Made by a program: the position numbers and the translations under genes
Origin: Paragordius varius
Taxonomy: Eukaryota; Animalia; Nematomorpha
Assembly (NCBI GenBank): GCA_964247055.1
Contig: OZ176050.1
Span: 14,880,001-14,944,000, forward strand
DNA: 64,000 nt
Direction of reading: 5' to 3'
In this document: positions 14,445-27,600 of the stretch, piece by piece
Numbering within the stretch: the first letter of the stretch is position 1
How the letters are laid out: each line of letters opens with the position of its first letter
The notes under the pieces: generated by a model
The model's database searches: none
Told to the model about the DNA's origin: nothing
Seen by the model: the letters and a program-made list of their open reading frames with translations, nothing else

Positions 14445-14707
14445 CTACTAACATGATGTACAACAAAGGTATGATTATGGTTATATTTTTAGACTTGTTC
14501 TTTTATTATGAAGATTTGTGCTTTATGGTCAATCGATTTGGACGTTACAATATTTTTTATCGGTTGCCGATACCTAGTGAAATTGATTAGTAATATATTG
14601 CATTATGTGGTCTTTTTCCTGATTATTTTTAGTTTCTTTTAATTAAATTTATTTTTCCTTTGATAAAATGTTAGTTATATTGTATAATATTTTGTTTAGT
14701 TTTACAG

Positions 14708-17700
14708 GTTGGGCTGATCAAAATTTGTTTGTTGAAAGAAAAGATGGGAAAGTAATTATTTCACTAGATCATCAGTTATTGGAGGAAAGAAGTTATTACA
14801 GTTATGTGCTGAAACCCGAAGATCAAAAAATCTTAAATACAATAATAAAAAATGTTCCTAACTCTGGAGTAAAATTTCATTTTAATCCAAATTATATAAT
14901 TGATAAAGAAAGATCTTATATTATGCCAAAAAAATTAAAGAGCCATATTTATCTTGGCTTAAGGGCCGATATCGATACACTAAAATAAAAATTGAATAAA
15001 TAACTTAAGGCATGGTATAGTAGGTAGGGGTCCGGACTTTCAGGCGCGTGCCTGAGTTTGAAGCCCGAAAATCCACGCTTTGTCCATCATCACTGTCAGC
15101 CCTGGGCAGGAGCGTGTTAGAGCCTCCCGGAGATACAATTTAAATCCTTACCCAGAACCTTTAGGGCAGCATGCAACCCATGGGCTGGGGTTTGAGTATT
15201 ACTGTGCTATCCTTATTATCATATTTTAACATTTAACTTTAAATACTTTTATAACTATTATTAATGGCAAATTATATGCTAAAAAATGATTTTTTTGTTT
15301 TATTGGCTTAAGACAGCCCTCTAAAATCTGAATATAATATACAGTTAAACTTAAAATTTTATAAATAAAATTAAAAAACGAAAAGACACTATTTTGAAAA
15401 ATCACTACTTTTATTTTGCAACCAAATCGATAGGTTTAATAGGATGGTTTTGAAATATGGAAGCTTTTTTTAAATTGTCTTATATTTTTACCTTAGTACA
15501 GGTTATCTCCATATAAGAGAACAATGCTTTAAAACTTAAACAAAAGCGACAAAATTCTTTTTGATTTATTAATGGGATCATTTTTTATATACAATTTTTT
15601 ATCAAATTATATAAATTCATGTATAAGTTTCAAGAATAAATTTATAAAATTTAATTTAATTAATATGCAAATGATTTTATCTCGAATGCCTACACTGTCA
15701 TTTAAAATCAAAAATTTTTGGGGCCCAAATTTTGTACTTGGTGTAATCGTGCAGAGTTTAAATTTTAGTTTGGTGATAAATAAAATATAATATATGACTT
15801 GAATGATAATATGTGAATTGTGAATAATCCTATTTCCAATTGTTCCAAACATATTGTTAATATTTTATCCCCCCTTTTGATAGGACCTAATTTGCAAGTG
15901 TAGTTACCCTTAAAATATGGTAAATGGCTATGGTGATACCAAACTTTGGCTTTTAAAATATTTTGATATTAAATGAATAATTTTGCCACTAGTTTTATAT
16001 CGATATCCCTGCTCAACACAAAATTCACGCCATTTACGGGACGTATGAACTAAGCCCAACAAATGAAACATACTATGGTTTCAATGATAGTTTAGGAAAC
16101 AGCGCACCAAACAGTTCGTACTATCAGGCCGGATCGTTCCCATACTTTAATAAGCTATATTTGATCAAAGTAAAACAATTTTTTAATACAGTAAATTGTA
16201 AAGACAAATATTTTTGATTAGAAAACAGCCATCCTTTTTAAAACCTCTATTTTTCCAATATATGTGATTTGATCACATCGTTAAATACCTAATTGCTTGT
16301 GTTACCAATATACATCTCTATTTTTTACTTTGCAATTAAAATAATACGTTTTAAAGGTACAACGCGTTCTTTTTAAATATTTGTCCGTATAATTTCAATT
16401 TTTACTCTCAATATTATTTGGTTAACGTACTCGTTTTATTAATTAACTATAGATAAGGATCTGGCAACCGGCTCGAGCACCGATGCAAATTTTTGAATAT
16501 TATCCAGATTACATAATCACACGAGCTATTCCTACAAATAATCTCCATTTTTTACAACGGATAGTTTTTGTTAAACCACATCAGCTTAGGATGCAGCCAG
16601 GAATCTCGAATCCTCAACTCACAGAATTTATGAATGATGGAATTTTACAGAGAGTACAAATCGTATTAGATGATTGCTATGAAAGGCATATATACGATTT
16701 CAATGGGATTCGTGACAAACCAATCGTGGGCCATACACTTCCCTACCTAAATTATTATGGGAATGACTTACGAATTTTGACGGTAAATGCCAATGGCTCC
16801 ATCGACTCAACCATAAATACCACTACCAATGATGATACATTTAATCTTTCTGAATGGAATATAGGTTATAATTTATATACCATAAATAATTAGTGAGTTT
16901 GTAATGCCTACGGCTGTAAATGAAACAAGAAACATAATTAATATTTAATGACTAAGCAAGAATTCTTTGCTTGCGTAAATTTTTAACCCAAACCAATAGA
17001 ATTCCTGTCAAAAATTAAGGCATTCCTGTGTGATTTGAGCATAAAACTATTGAGGCATAAAATTAATTTGATTGAATTAAGCTAGTTGCATAGCTTTTAC
17101 AAAAAAAGAAAACTGTATATAGATGCAACGTGACTTCCATTTTTGAGATTTAAAACTTTTCAATTTGTTTAAAAAATATATAAACCTTACCTCATTTAAT
17201 AATCTATATAGTGGACGAATTGCATCCTTTGACAGAAAACTTACCAAGATTTACTAGTTATGATTCACGTAAAATTTATTTTTATCACTTTTTTTCGAAA
17301 ATTAAAGAACATTCAAAGCATAAAATTATTTGTGATATTGTAGAAACCAATTATGTATATCATCATAACATTGATGATGCCATCCGACAACCCGGAATTT
17401 ACAATGTAATCAAAAAGCCTGTCAATCCTCAATCATCTAATATAATTTATGTGTAAGCTACTGTTAATATTATTTATAATAATAAGTTGGGTCTTTAATT
17501 GGTTGCCTTCAACTGTAGTCATCACTCTTTACTCAACTCTACAATTTGATATATTTATAAATTGGTTGTTTTTAGAAAAAAATATTTCTTTTTAATTTTC
17601 TACCTTTTGTCTAAAGTCAATTTACACATACAATTAGAAATCTACCATTATTCCCTCGACGTATTAACGATGTCCTGCACATTGTTTTGAATTACAAAGC

Positions 17701-19706
17701 CATGTATAAATTGGAGAATGCAACAGAAATATTTGGTTCCAAAAGCCGTACAAATTTAACCCTTTTTGATTCTAGCTTGGAAGATTCACTTTGGAATTTT
17801 GTGCATGATTTTAATCTGTCTGTCTACATCCATAATTCGGTCAGCTTTTTTTAAATTTTATAATATAAATGTATATACTAAATATAATACTAAGATTGGT
17901 AGATATACTTACGAATCGTAGCGCCTAACGCTAAATAATTATTTTAAAATGGCGAATTATTGAAAAAAACTATTTCTATACAGTTTATCTTCAAATCCAA
18001 TGTCATTTCTGCCCCGACTGATTGCAATTTCAAATTTCTTGTTAGACAAGAGCTAATTACGATGAACAACAAGAACAAAAATGTAATTACCCTGTTTTAT
18101 CTATTGAATTTTTCTAAAATTTACAGTAAAAATGGAAATTATACGGAAAAATGTAAAATTATAAGGACAAATATTTTTTTTCAAAAACAACCATGTTTTT
18201 TTAAGCCTTAATTTTTCCAATATAAGCTCTTCGATTACAATTGCAAAATATAGAAGTGATTGTGTTAATTATATATATTATTTCACACTTTGACATGTAA
18301 ACAATGAGTTATAATATACCATTAACACTTCAAGAGTGTCCTTGAACAATTCAAGTTGGTCCTTGAACAATTCAAGTTGGTCCTTGAACAGTTCAAGTTG
18401 GTCCTTGAACAATTCAAGTTGGTCCTTTAACTTTTTTGTTTTGTTTTTAACTTTTATCAATCAAATCGAAAATAATTCATCTATTTTATGTTTTTAACCT
18501 TTTTTCTATTATTTAACATAAATTTTAAATCGATTACAACTTTTAATCTTTGAAAACCGTATATCTTTATTAATTTCTTAAAATAAATTTAAATATTTAT
18601 AAGATTTTAACACGAAATGAAAAAATATATAAGTTTTCGGGGTTATAAATTAAATTTTTTTATTAAAAACATTTAAAAGTCAATAATTTTGTTCAATTGA
18701 AAAAAATAGTTTTAAGAAAAAAAATTGGTTTTTCAATAAAAAATTTATTTTTAAATGAATAAATATATAATAAATAAAGAAAATTAGGTTAATAAATAAT
18801 TAAATAAAAAAATAAATGCAAAAATCATGGTTAAATTAAAATTTATAAATTTTAAGGACCAATTTGAACTGTTCAAGGACCAACTTGAATTGTTCAAGGA
18901 CCAACTTGAATTGTTCAAGGACCAACTTGAATTGTTCAAGGACACTCTTGAAGCGTAAATGGTATATACAAAATCATGATATAAATAGAATGGTTGTCTT
19001 TTAGAAAAAAATATTTGTCTTTATATTTTTACGTTGTGTCCGTATGTATTCAGTTTTTACTGTAATTTCATATATTATAAATTGATTTACGGTTTTTGAG
19101 CGTTGTTGGTATACATAACCTGTTTATTAACATAAATGTATACAGTCCTAAATCGTCTAATAATTTCTATGAATGCAGATAAATGTTTGATATAATAAAA
19201 AGATTACCCGTTTCAACTCATTATCGTGCTTGAATGACAATTAATAGGAATTAAAATAACAATAATCATTAGATATATAATTTTTCGAATATAACCACCT
19301 TCAGACTCATCACTATATGAACATATATTATTAAGGAATTGTTGAACTTTATTTTTTTCTATAATATAAATATTCATTTTATTTATGACATTCATGGCTT
19401 AGTATAATACCAAACTACATTATTACAAATGGATAATAAATACCCTCTTAATATTGCTACATATGAATATTTTTACAGTTTACAGTTAAACAGGAACCCA
19501 ATAAGCTAAAGATTCGATTTGGCCATGAGCGAGAAACTTTGTATGAGAATGGCGTTTTATTACGTATCTCCTGTATTCCGAATGACCTTTTGAATGGAAT
19601 TGGACGATTTATTCCGTATCAAAATGTAAATGACACATCTGTTAGACCAACTTTAGTTTCTCTTACTCGACTCTTTGATATTTATGATCGTCGTTCAACA
19701 CTATAA
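14708..19706 (+). CDS. Candidate multi-exon gene or pseudogene, unknown N-glycosylation-rich extracellular protein; probable paralogue of the 5782-10987 gene
   Basis: Splice-bounded open segments at ~14708-14988, 15993-16169 (FYIDIPAQHK...LYLIK), 16453-~16892 (phase-0 join IRIWQPARAP...), ~17206-17453, ~17640-17840 and ~17984-18080. Terminal exon 19486-19706 (73 codons, ...DRRSTL*). Many NxS/T sequons. Some junctions could not be phased. Confidence 0.45.
15008..15215 (+). mobile_element. Probable tRNA-derived SINE relic
   Basis: GC-rich island in AT DNA. It begins GGGCATGGTATAGTAGGTAG (A-box-like) with GAGTTTGAAGCCC (decayed B box) at tRNA spacing, then a ~140-bp GC-rich body and an AT tail. 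Confidence 0.5.
18124..19062. mobile_element. MITE family 2 (Tc1/pogo-type, TA|CAGT...ACTG|TA) hosting MITE family 1 copy 2
   Basis: TA-CAGTAAAAATGGAAATTATACGGA...AAGGACAAATATTTTTT at left is inverted to AAAAAATATTTGTCTTT...TCCGTATGTATTCAGTTTTTACTG-TA at right. Related pieces occur near 7190 and 16190-16410. Confidence 0.7.
18317..18964. mobile_element. MITE family 1, copy 2 (intact, ~650 bp)
   Basis: TACCATT..CACTTCAAGAGTGTCCTTGAAC plus tandem 21-mers at left, inverted at right (GTTCAAGGACACTCTTGAAGCGTAAATGGTA); TA flanks. Confidence 0.9.
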
Positions 19707-21620
19707 TCACCATTGTGATATATTCTAACTAACTTACATTTAAACTTTCATTATTTACTTTATATATATACAATTTTATACAAGTTTTTGCAATAAAATC
19801 AAAGCATTTTATATCTTGATGGTAAATTTATTTTTGTTGGTCCTAGCTGGGAGATGTCGTGTAGGGCTACATTACTATATCATGCTTTAAAATCCGTAAA
19901 ATAGAGTTTATCCAAATTTTTGCTAGTGGAATGAACCATCATTTTTTTTTATTTGATATAATGGGAGCTAAAATTGCGACTTGTCGATTTTTCCTATAAA
20001 TATGTTGTCTTAAAGGGGCATAATGAGAAAAACGGGGCCCGTATATTCCCCACATCGAAATCAAGATGGGCATGATTTGCCCAATCCCATGGGTGTTAAA
20101 CACGCGTTCCGTAATCATTTTAATCAAATTGATATTCCTAAAAAAGATTTTTCGAATAATTATCTAATTGGCAACAAACTAAAAAAAGGTGAAACATATA
20201 GAAGTGATATTGGTGTGCAATATTTTACAGTTTTAGTTTGAAAACTAAAAAAAATATTTTTTAATACTCATATATGGAATGCAGGCATGCTTTAGTTTAA
20301 CCCAATTCCTGATATATACCAGGATTATGGGGTCGCGGTGATAAAAATACAATTTAACAAAAAATGTTTTTTAACTTGTAAAATTATTGTTATAAAGGAA
20401 AATAACAATCAATGTAGATAAGTATATCATAAAATCTTCTGGTTCGGAAAGAGTTATATCAGCATTTCTATTCGATCATCATAATCTATATATATAATGG
20501 AAAATGCTAGCTTTGTTATCTGTTTCCGGAAAACCGGTAATCCCCTTCAAATCCAAATGTCAAAAAATATAATCATTAATGAATGCCCCGACAATAGCTT
20601 CGCCCTTTTTTAAAATTAGGCTCCCAGTTCGGGCCCACCCCGTGTAAAAAACAGGTTTTTTAAAAACAGAAGTCCAGAAAAATCGTTCCTTGAGACTCAA
20701 GAAAACCTGTTGTACCTTTCGATTTCAAATATGATTAGTTTTACTTTTTTCTATTGGGCCGAACCTAGTCAGCTTACTTTTTAAATTTAGGTTCTCTTTT
20801 AACCCGTTCCCCCGGTAAAATGCCATTAAAAAATATTTTTTGCCCAAGGTGTAAGACCGTTAAAATTTACTGAGGATTCGAGTTATTCTCAGTTAAAAGG
20901 CAAAAAATTTTGTCCTGCCTTTTTTTAATATTGGCTGCTGGGTAAACAGATAGCCGCTAAAACTGCGCCACTATATACAAATTGTGTTATTTCGGAAATT
21001 TACAGAAAATATATGAAGCCATATACCCTAAAAGCTCGAAATATTACCTGTAACTAGGTAATAGTTAAGGTCGGGTTTTATTAGCCGTTAATTTACTTTA
21101 CTGCCCTAAAATGGCATCATATAACAATTATTTAATTTTGGTGTTTTTTCGAATAACCCATGAGACGATGGTAGCAAAGATGATTCCAAATATGTGCCCT
21201 ATAAAGGCAAGAATTATTTAACTCTGCGCTTTTTCCATATAGATCTATGGGTGGGGTCTACTGGTTTAAAACTAAGACGCCTACAAAATAGGCGTATGGG
21301 GATAATTTTCAAAAATCTTAAGTAGCCATACGAGGTCAGTCAAACACATTTCTGGGGAATTTTTATAATATTATTCTTTCCTTTAAAAGGACCAAAAATG
21401 ATTTACTTTTTATATCTCTTGATCCCAGCTGTACGAACACAATTCCAAATTAGAACTTTTAACCATGATTTTGTAAATCGAAAATTTTAAAATAAATCCA
21501 ATGATAGTTGAGTAACTTTAATAAGGGACAGAATAAATATGGTTAATTTCGAATAAACAATATTTCAGCCTATGCAAAAACCAGTAAAAGAATAATTAAA
21601 GGCATTCTTTTTATAAAATA

Positions 21621-24600
21621 CTAGCGTAAACAAAAAAGGGACAATAAGGTGATCCACATATGTGGAATATTTCGAAACATTATTTAATAGCTATGATCTC
21701 ATATTTTAAAACGGTGCTTTCATAGTAAATTAATGTTTACTTGGGGAAAAAATAGATTTAAAAAAATTATTTTTATGGACTTTGATTTTTTAAAATAGAT
21801 ACTTCTTACTCAGCAGCAATCATCAAAGAAACGCTTGACTAAAATTTTTATTTTTTAACAGGAAATACGTGGAATCCTTATTGAATTTTTGTCTCATAGC
21901 TTGGGCACAAAAATACAATCAAAAAATTATTTTTGTGGACTTTGTTTTTTGAAAAAAATGGCATTTTAGGGCGGGAGCGGGTAAAAAGAGCGCCTAAATC
22001 AAAATAACGAGACGACTATGTTCGGCGCGATCAAAAATAGGTAAACAAAAATCATATTTGAAATTGAATGGTCCACATTCTGCGGAAAATTGTCTCAACC
22101 TGTTTTTTAAACGGGGTAGGCCCGAACTGGGGGACTAATTCCAAAAAACGCTGAGGCTATTGCCGGGACATTTATTTATGATTATATTTTTTCGATATTT
22201 GCATTTGATTGGGTTCCCCGGTTTTTCGGAAACAGATCACAAAGTTACATAAAAAATCAGTTTTTAGCGGGTAGCTCCCTACCCAGCAGCTATCATCAAA
22301 GAAACTCTTGACTAAAATTTTTGCCTTTAAACGGGGAATACGTGGAATCCTGATTGAATTTTTACAGTCTCATACCTTGGGCAAAAAAATACAATCAAAA
22401 AATTATTTTTGTGGACTTTGTTTTTTGAAAAAAATGGCATTTTACGGGGGGAGGGGGTAAAAATAGCGCCTAAATCAAAATAGCGAGAAGACTATGTTCG
22501 GCGCGATCAAAAATAGGTAAACTAAAATCATATTTGAAATTGAATGGTCCAACAGATTCTGCGGAAAGTATCAAACTGTTTTTTACACGGGGTAGGCCCG
22601 AACTGGGGGCCTAATTCAAAAAAAGGACGAAGCTATTGTCGGGGCATTGACTGATGATTATATTTTTTCGATGTTTGGATTTGAATGGGTCTACCGGTTT
22701 TCCGGTCCAGATCACAAAGCCAGCATTTTCCATTTTTATAAATATATAGATTACCATAAATAATGTTTTATTATCCATATATTTTGTAACATCCTATACA
22801 TATGATAGATACTCCTTACTCAGCAGCTATCATCAAAGAAACGCTTGACTCAAATTTTTGCCTTTTAACAGGAAATACGTGGACTCCTTATTGAATTTTT
22901 ACAGTCTCATACCTTGGGCACAAAAATACAATCAAAAAATTATTTTTGTGGACTTTGTTTTTTTGAAAAAAATGGCATTTTACGGGGGGAGCGGGTAAAA
23001 AGAGCGCCTAAATCAAAATAGCGAGACGACTATGTTCGGCGCGATCAAAAATAGGTAAACAAAAATCATATTTGAAATTAAATGGTCCAACAGATTCTGC
23101 GGAAAATTGTCACTGTTTTTTACACGGGGTAGGCCCGAACTGGGGGACTAATTCCAAAAAACGGCGAGGCTATTGCCGGGACATTTATTTATGATTATAT
23201 TTTATCGATATTTGCATTTGATTGGGTTCCCCGGTTTTCTGGAAACAAATCACAAAGTTACATGAAAAATCAGTTTTTAGCGGGTAGCTCCTTACCCAGC
23301 AGCTATCATTAAAGAAATTCTTGACTAAAATTTTTGTCTTTTAACAGGGAATACGTGGAATCCATATTGAATTTTGACGGTCTCATACCTAGGGCGAAAA
23401 ATAGATTTAAAAAATTATTTTTGTGGACTTTGTTTTTTGAAAAAAATGACATTTTACAGGGAAAGCGGGTAAAAAGAGAAATCAAAATAGCGACACGACT
23501 ATGTTCGGCGCGATCAAAAATAGGTAAACAAAAATCATATTTGAAATTGAATGGTCCACATTCTGCGGAAAATTGTCTCAACCTGTTTTTTACACGGGGT
23601 AGGTTCGAACTGGGGGCCAAATTCCAAAAAAAGGCGAGGCTTTGTAAGACATTTATTTATGATTTTATTTTTTCGATATTTGGATTTGATTGATTTCACC
23701 GGTTTTCCGGAAACAAATCCAAAAAGTTACATGAAAAATCAGTTTTTAGCGGGTAGCCCCTTACTCAGCAGCAATCATCAAAGAAACGCTTGACTAAAAT
23801 TTTTGCCTTTTAACAGGAAATACTTGGAATCCTTATTAAATTTTTACAGTCTCATACCTAGGGCGAAAAATAGATTTAAAAAATTATTTTTGTGGACTTT
23901 GTTTTTTGAAAAAAATGACATTTTACGGGGGGAGCGGGTAAAAAGAGCGCCTAAATCAAAATAGCGAGACGACTATGTTCGGCGCGATCAAAAATAGGTA
24001 AACAAAAATCATATTTGAAATTGAATGGTCCAACAGATTCTGCGGAAAATTGTCTCAACCTGTTTTTTACAAGTGGTAGGCCCGAACTGGAAGCCTAATT
24101 CCAAAAAAAGACGAGGCTATTGTAAGACATTTATTTATGATTATATTTTTTCGATATTTGGATTTGAATTGGGTTCACCGGTTTTCAAGAAACAAATCAC
24201 AAAGTTATATAAAAAATCAGTTTTTAGCGGGTAACTCCTTACCCAGCAGCTATCATCAAAGAAACTCTTGATTAAAATTTTTGTCTTTTAACAGGGAAAA
24301 CGTGGAATCCACACTGAATTTTTACGGTCTCACTAGGGCGAAAAATAGATTTAAAAAATTATATTTTTAGACTTTGTTTTTTGAAAAAAATGACATTTTA
24401 CGGGGGGAGCGGGTAAAAAGAGCGCCCAAATCAAAATAGCGAGAAGACTATGTTCGGCGCGATCAAAAATAGGTAAACAAAAATCATATTTGAAATTGAA
24501 TGGTCCAATAGATTCTGCGGAAACTAGTCTAACCTGTTTTTTATACAGGGTAGGCCCGAACTGGGGGCCAAATTCCAAAAAAAGGCGAGGCTTTGTAAGA

Positions 24601-27600
24601 CATTTATTTATGATTATATTTTTTCGATATTTGGATTTCATTGGGTTCACCGGTTTTCCGGAAACAAATCACAAAGTTACATTAAAAATCAGATTTTACC
24701 GGGTAGCTCCTTACCCAGCAGCTATCATCAAAGAAATTCTTGACTAAAATTTTTGCCTTTAAACGGGGAATACGTGGAATCCTGATTGAATTTTTACAGT
24801 CTCATACCTTGGGCAAAAAAATACAATCAAAAAATTCTTTTTGTGGACTTTGTTTTTTGAAAAAAATGGCATTTTACGGGGGGAGGGGGTAAAAATAGCG
24901 CCTAAATCAAAATAGCGAGACGACTATGTTCGGCGCGATCAAAAATAGGTAAACAAAAATCATATTTGAAATTGAATGGTCCACCTTCTGCGGAAAATTG
25001 TCTCAACCTGTTTTTTACACGGGGTAGGCCCGAACTGGGGGACTAATTCCAAAAAACGGCGAGGCTATTGCCGGGACATTTATTTATGATTATATTTTTT
25101 CGATATTTGCATTTGATTGGGTTCACCGGTTTTCCGGAAACAAATCACAAAGTTACATGAAAAATCAGTTTTTAGCGGGTAGCCCCTTACCCAGCTGCTA
25201 TCATCAAAGAAACTCTTGACTAAAATTTTTTCCTTTTAACAGGAAATACGTGGAATCCTTATTGAATTTTTACAGTCTCATACCTTGGGCACAAAAATAC
25301 AATCAAAAAATTATTTTTGTGGACTTTGTTTTTTGGAAAAAAATGGCATTTTACGGGGAGAGCGGGTAAAAAGAGCGCCTAAATCAAAATAGCGAGACGA
25401 CTATGTTCGGCGCGATCAAAAATAGGTAAACAAAAATATATTTGAAATTAAATGGTCCAACAGATTCTGCGGAAAATTGTCAAACCTGTTTTTTACACGG
25501 GGTAGGCCCGAACTGGGGGCCAAATTCCAAAAAAAGGCGAGGCTTTGTACGACATTTATTTATGATTATATTTTATCGATATTTGCATTTGATTGGGTTC
25601 CCCAGTTTTTCGGAAACAGATCACAAAGTTACATAAAAAATCAGTTTTTAGCGGGTAGCTCCCTACCCAGCAGCTATCATCAAAGAAACTCTTGACTAAA
25701 ATTTTTGCCTTTAAACAGGGAATAGTGGAATCTTTATTGAATTATTACAGTCTCATACCTTGGGCAAAAAAATACAATCAAAAAATTATTTTTGTGGACT
25801 TTGTTTTTTGAAAAAAATGGCATTTTACGGGGGGAGGGGGTAAAAATAGCGCCTAAATCAAAATAGCGAGACGACTATGTTCGGCGCGATCAAAAATAGG
25901 TAAACAAAAATCATATTTGAAATTGAATAGTCCATCTTCTGCGGAAAATTGTCTCAACCTGTTTTTTACACGGGGTAGGCCCGAACTGGGGGACTAATTC
26001 CAAAAAACGGCGAGGCTATTGCCGGGACATTTATTTATGATTATATTTTTTCGATATTTGCATTTGATTGGGTTCACCGGTTTTCCGGAAACAAATCACA
26101 AAGTTACATGAAAAATCAGTTTTTAGCGGGTAGCCCCTTACCCAGCTGCTATCATCAAAGAAACTCTTGACTAAAATTTTTGCCTTTAAACGGGGAATAC
26201 GTGGAATCCTGATTGAATTTTTACAGTCTCATACCTTGGGCAAAAAAATACAATCAAAAAATTCTTTTTGTGGACTTTGTTTTTTGAAAAAAATGGCATT
26301 TTACGGGGGGAGGGGGTAAAAATAGCGCCTAAATCAAAATAGCGAGAAGACTATGTTCGGCGCGATCAAAAATAGGTAAACTAAAATCATATTTGAAATT
26401 GAATGGTCCAACAGATTCTGCGGAAAGTATCAACCTGTTTTTTACACGGGGTAGGCCCGAACTGGGGGCCTAATTCAAAAAAAGGACGAAGCTATTGTCG
26501 GGGCATTGACTAATGATTATATTTTTTCGATGTTTGGATTTGAATGGGTCTACCGGTTTTCCGGTCCAGATCACAAAGCCAGCATTTTCCATTTTTATAA
26601 ATATATAGATTACCATAAATAATGTTTTATTATCCATATATTTTGTAACATCCTATACATATGATAGATACTCCTTACTCAGCAGCTATCATCAAAGAAA
26701 CGCTTGACTCAAATTTTTGCCTTTTAACAGGAAATACGTGGAATCCTGATTGAATTTTTACAGTCTCATACCTTGGGCAAAAAAATACAATCAAAAAATT
26801 CTTTTTGTGGACTTTGTTTTTTGAAAAAAATGGCATTTTACGGGGGGAGGGGGTAAAAATAGCGCCTAAATCAAAATAGCGAGAAGACTATGTTCGGCGC
26901 GATCAAAAATAGGTAATCTAAAATCATATTTGAAATTGAATGGTCCAACAGATTCTGCGGAAAGTATCAACCTGTTTTTTACACGGGGTAGGCCCGAACT
27001 GGGGGCCTAATTCAAAAAAAGGACGAAGCTATTGTCGGGGCATTGACTAATGATTATTTTTTTCGATGTTTGGATTTGAATGGGTCTACCGGTTTTCCGG
27101 TCCAGATCACAAAGCCAGCATTTTCCATTTTTATAAATATGTAGATTACCATAAATAATGTTTTATTATCCATATATTTTGTAACATCCTATACATATGA
27201 TAGATACTCCTTACTCAGCAGCTATCATCAAAGAAACGCTTGACTCAAATTTTTGCCTTTTAACAGGAAATACGTGGAATCCTTATTGAATTTTTACAGT
27301 CTCATACCTTGGGCACAAAAATACAATCAAAAAATTATTTTTGTGGACTTTGTTTTTTTGAAAAAAATGGCATTTTACGGGGGGAGCGGGTAAAAAGAGC
27401 GCCTAAATCAAAATAGCGAGACGACTATGTTCGGCGCGATCAAAAATAGGTAAACAAAAATCATATTTGAAATTAAATGGTACAACAGATTCTGCGGAAA
27501 ATTGTCAAACCTGTTTTTTACACGGGGTAAGCCCGAACTGGGGGACAAATTCCAAAAAACGGCGAGGCTATTGCCGGGACATTTATTTATGATTATATTT

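Noticed and set aside
14469-14492. Possible 24-nt intron at the start of candidate gene 2
   Set aside because: Its length is a multiple of 3 and the frame is open with or without it, so the sequence alone cannot support it.
18278-18460. ORF with a (KDQLELF)n heptad resembling a coiled coil or leucine zipper
   Set aside because: It is the translation of the 21-bp subterminal repeat of a MITE present four times in either orientation.
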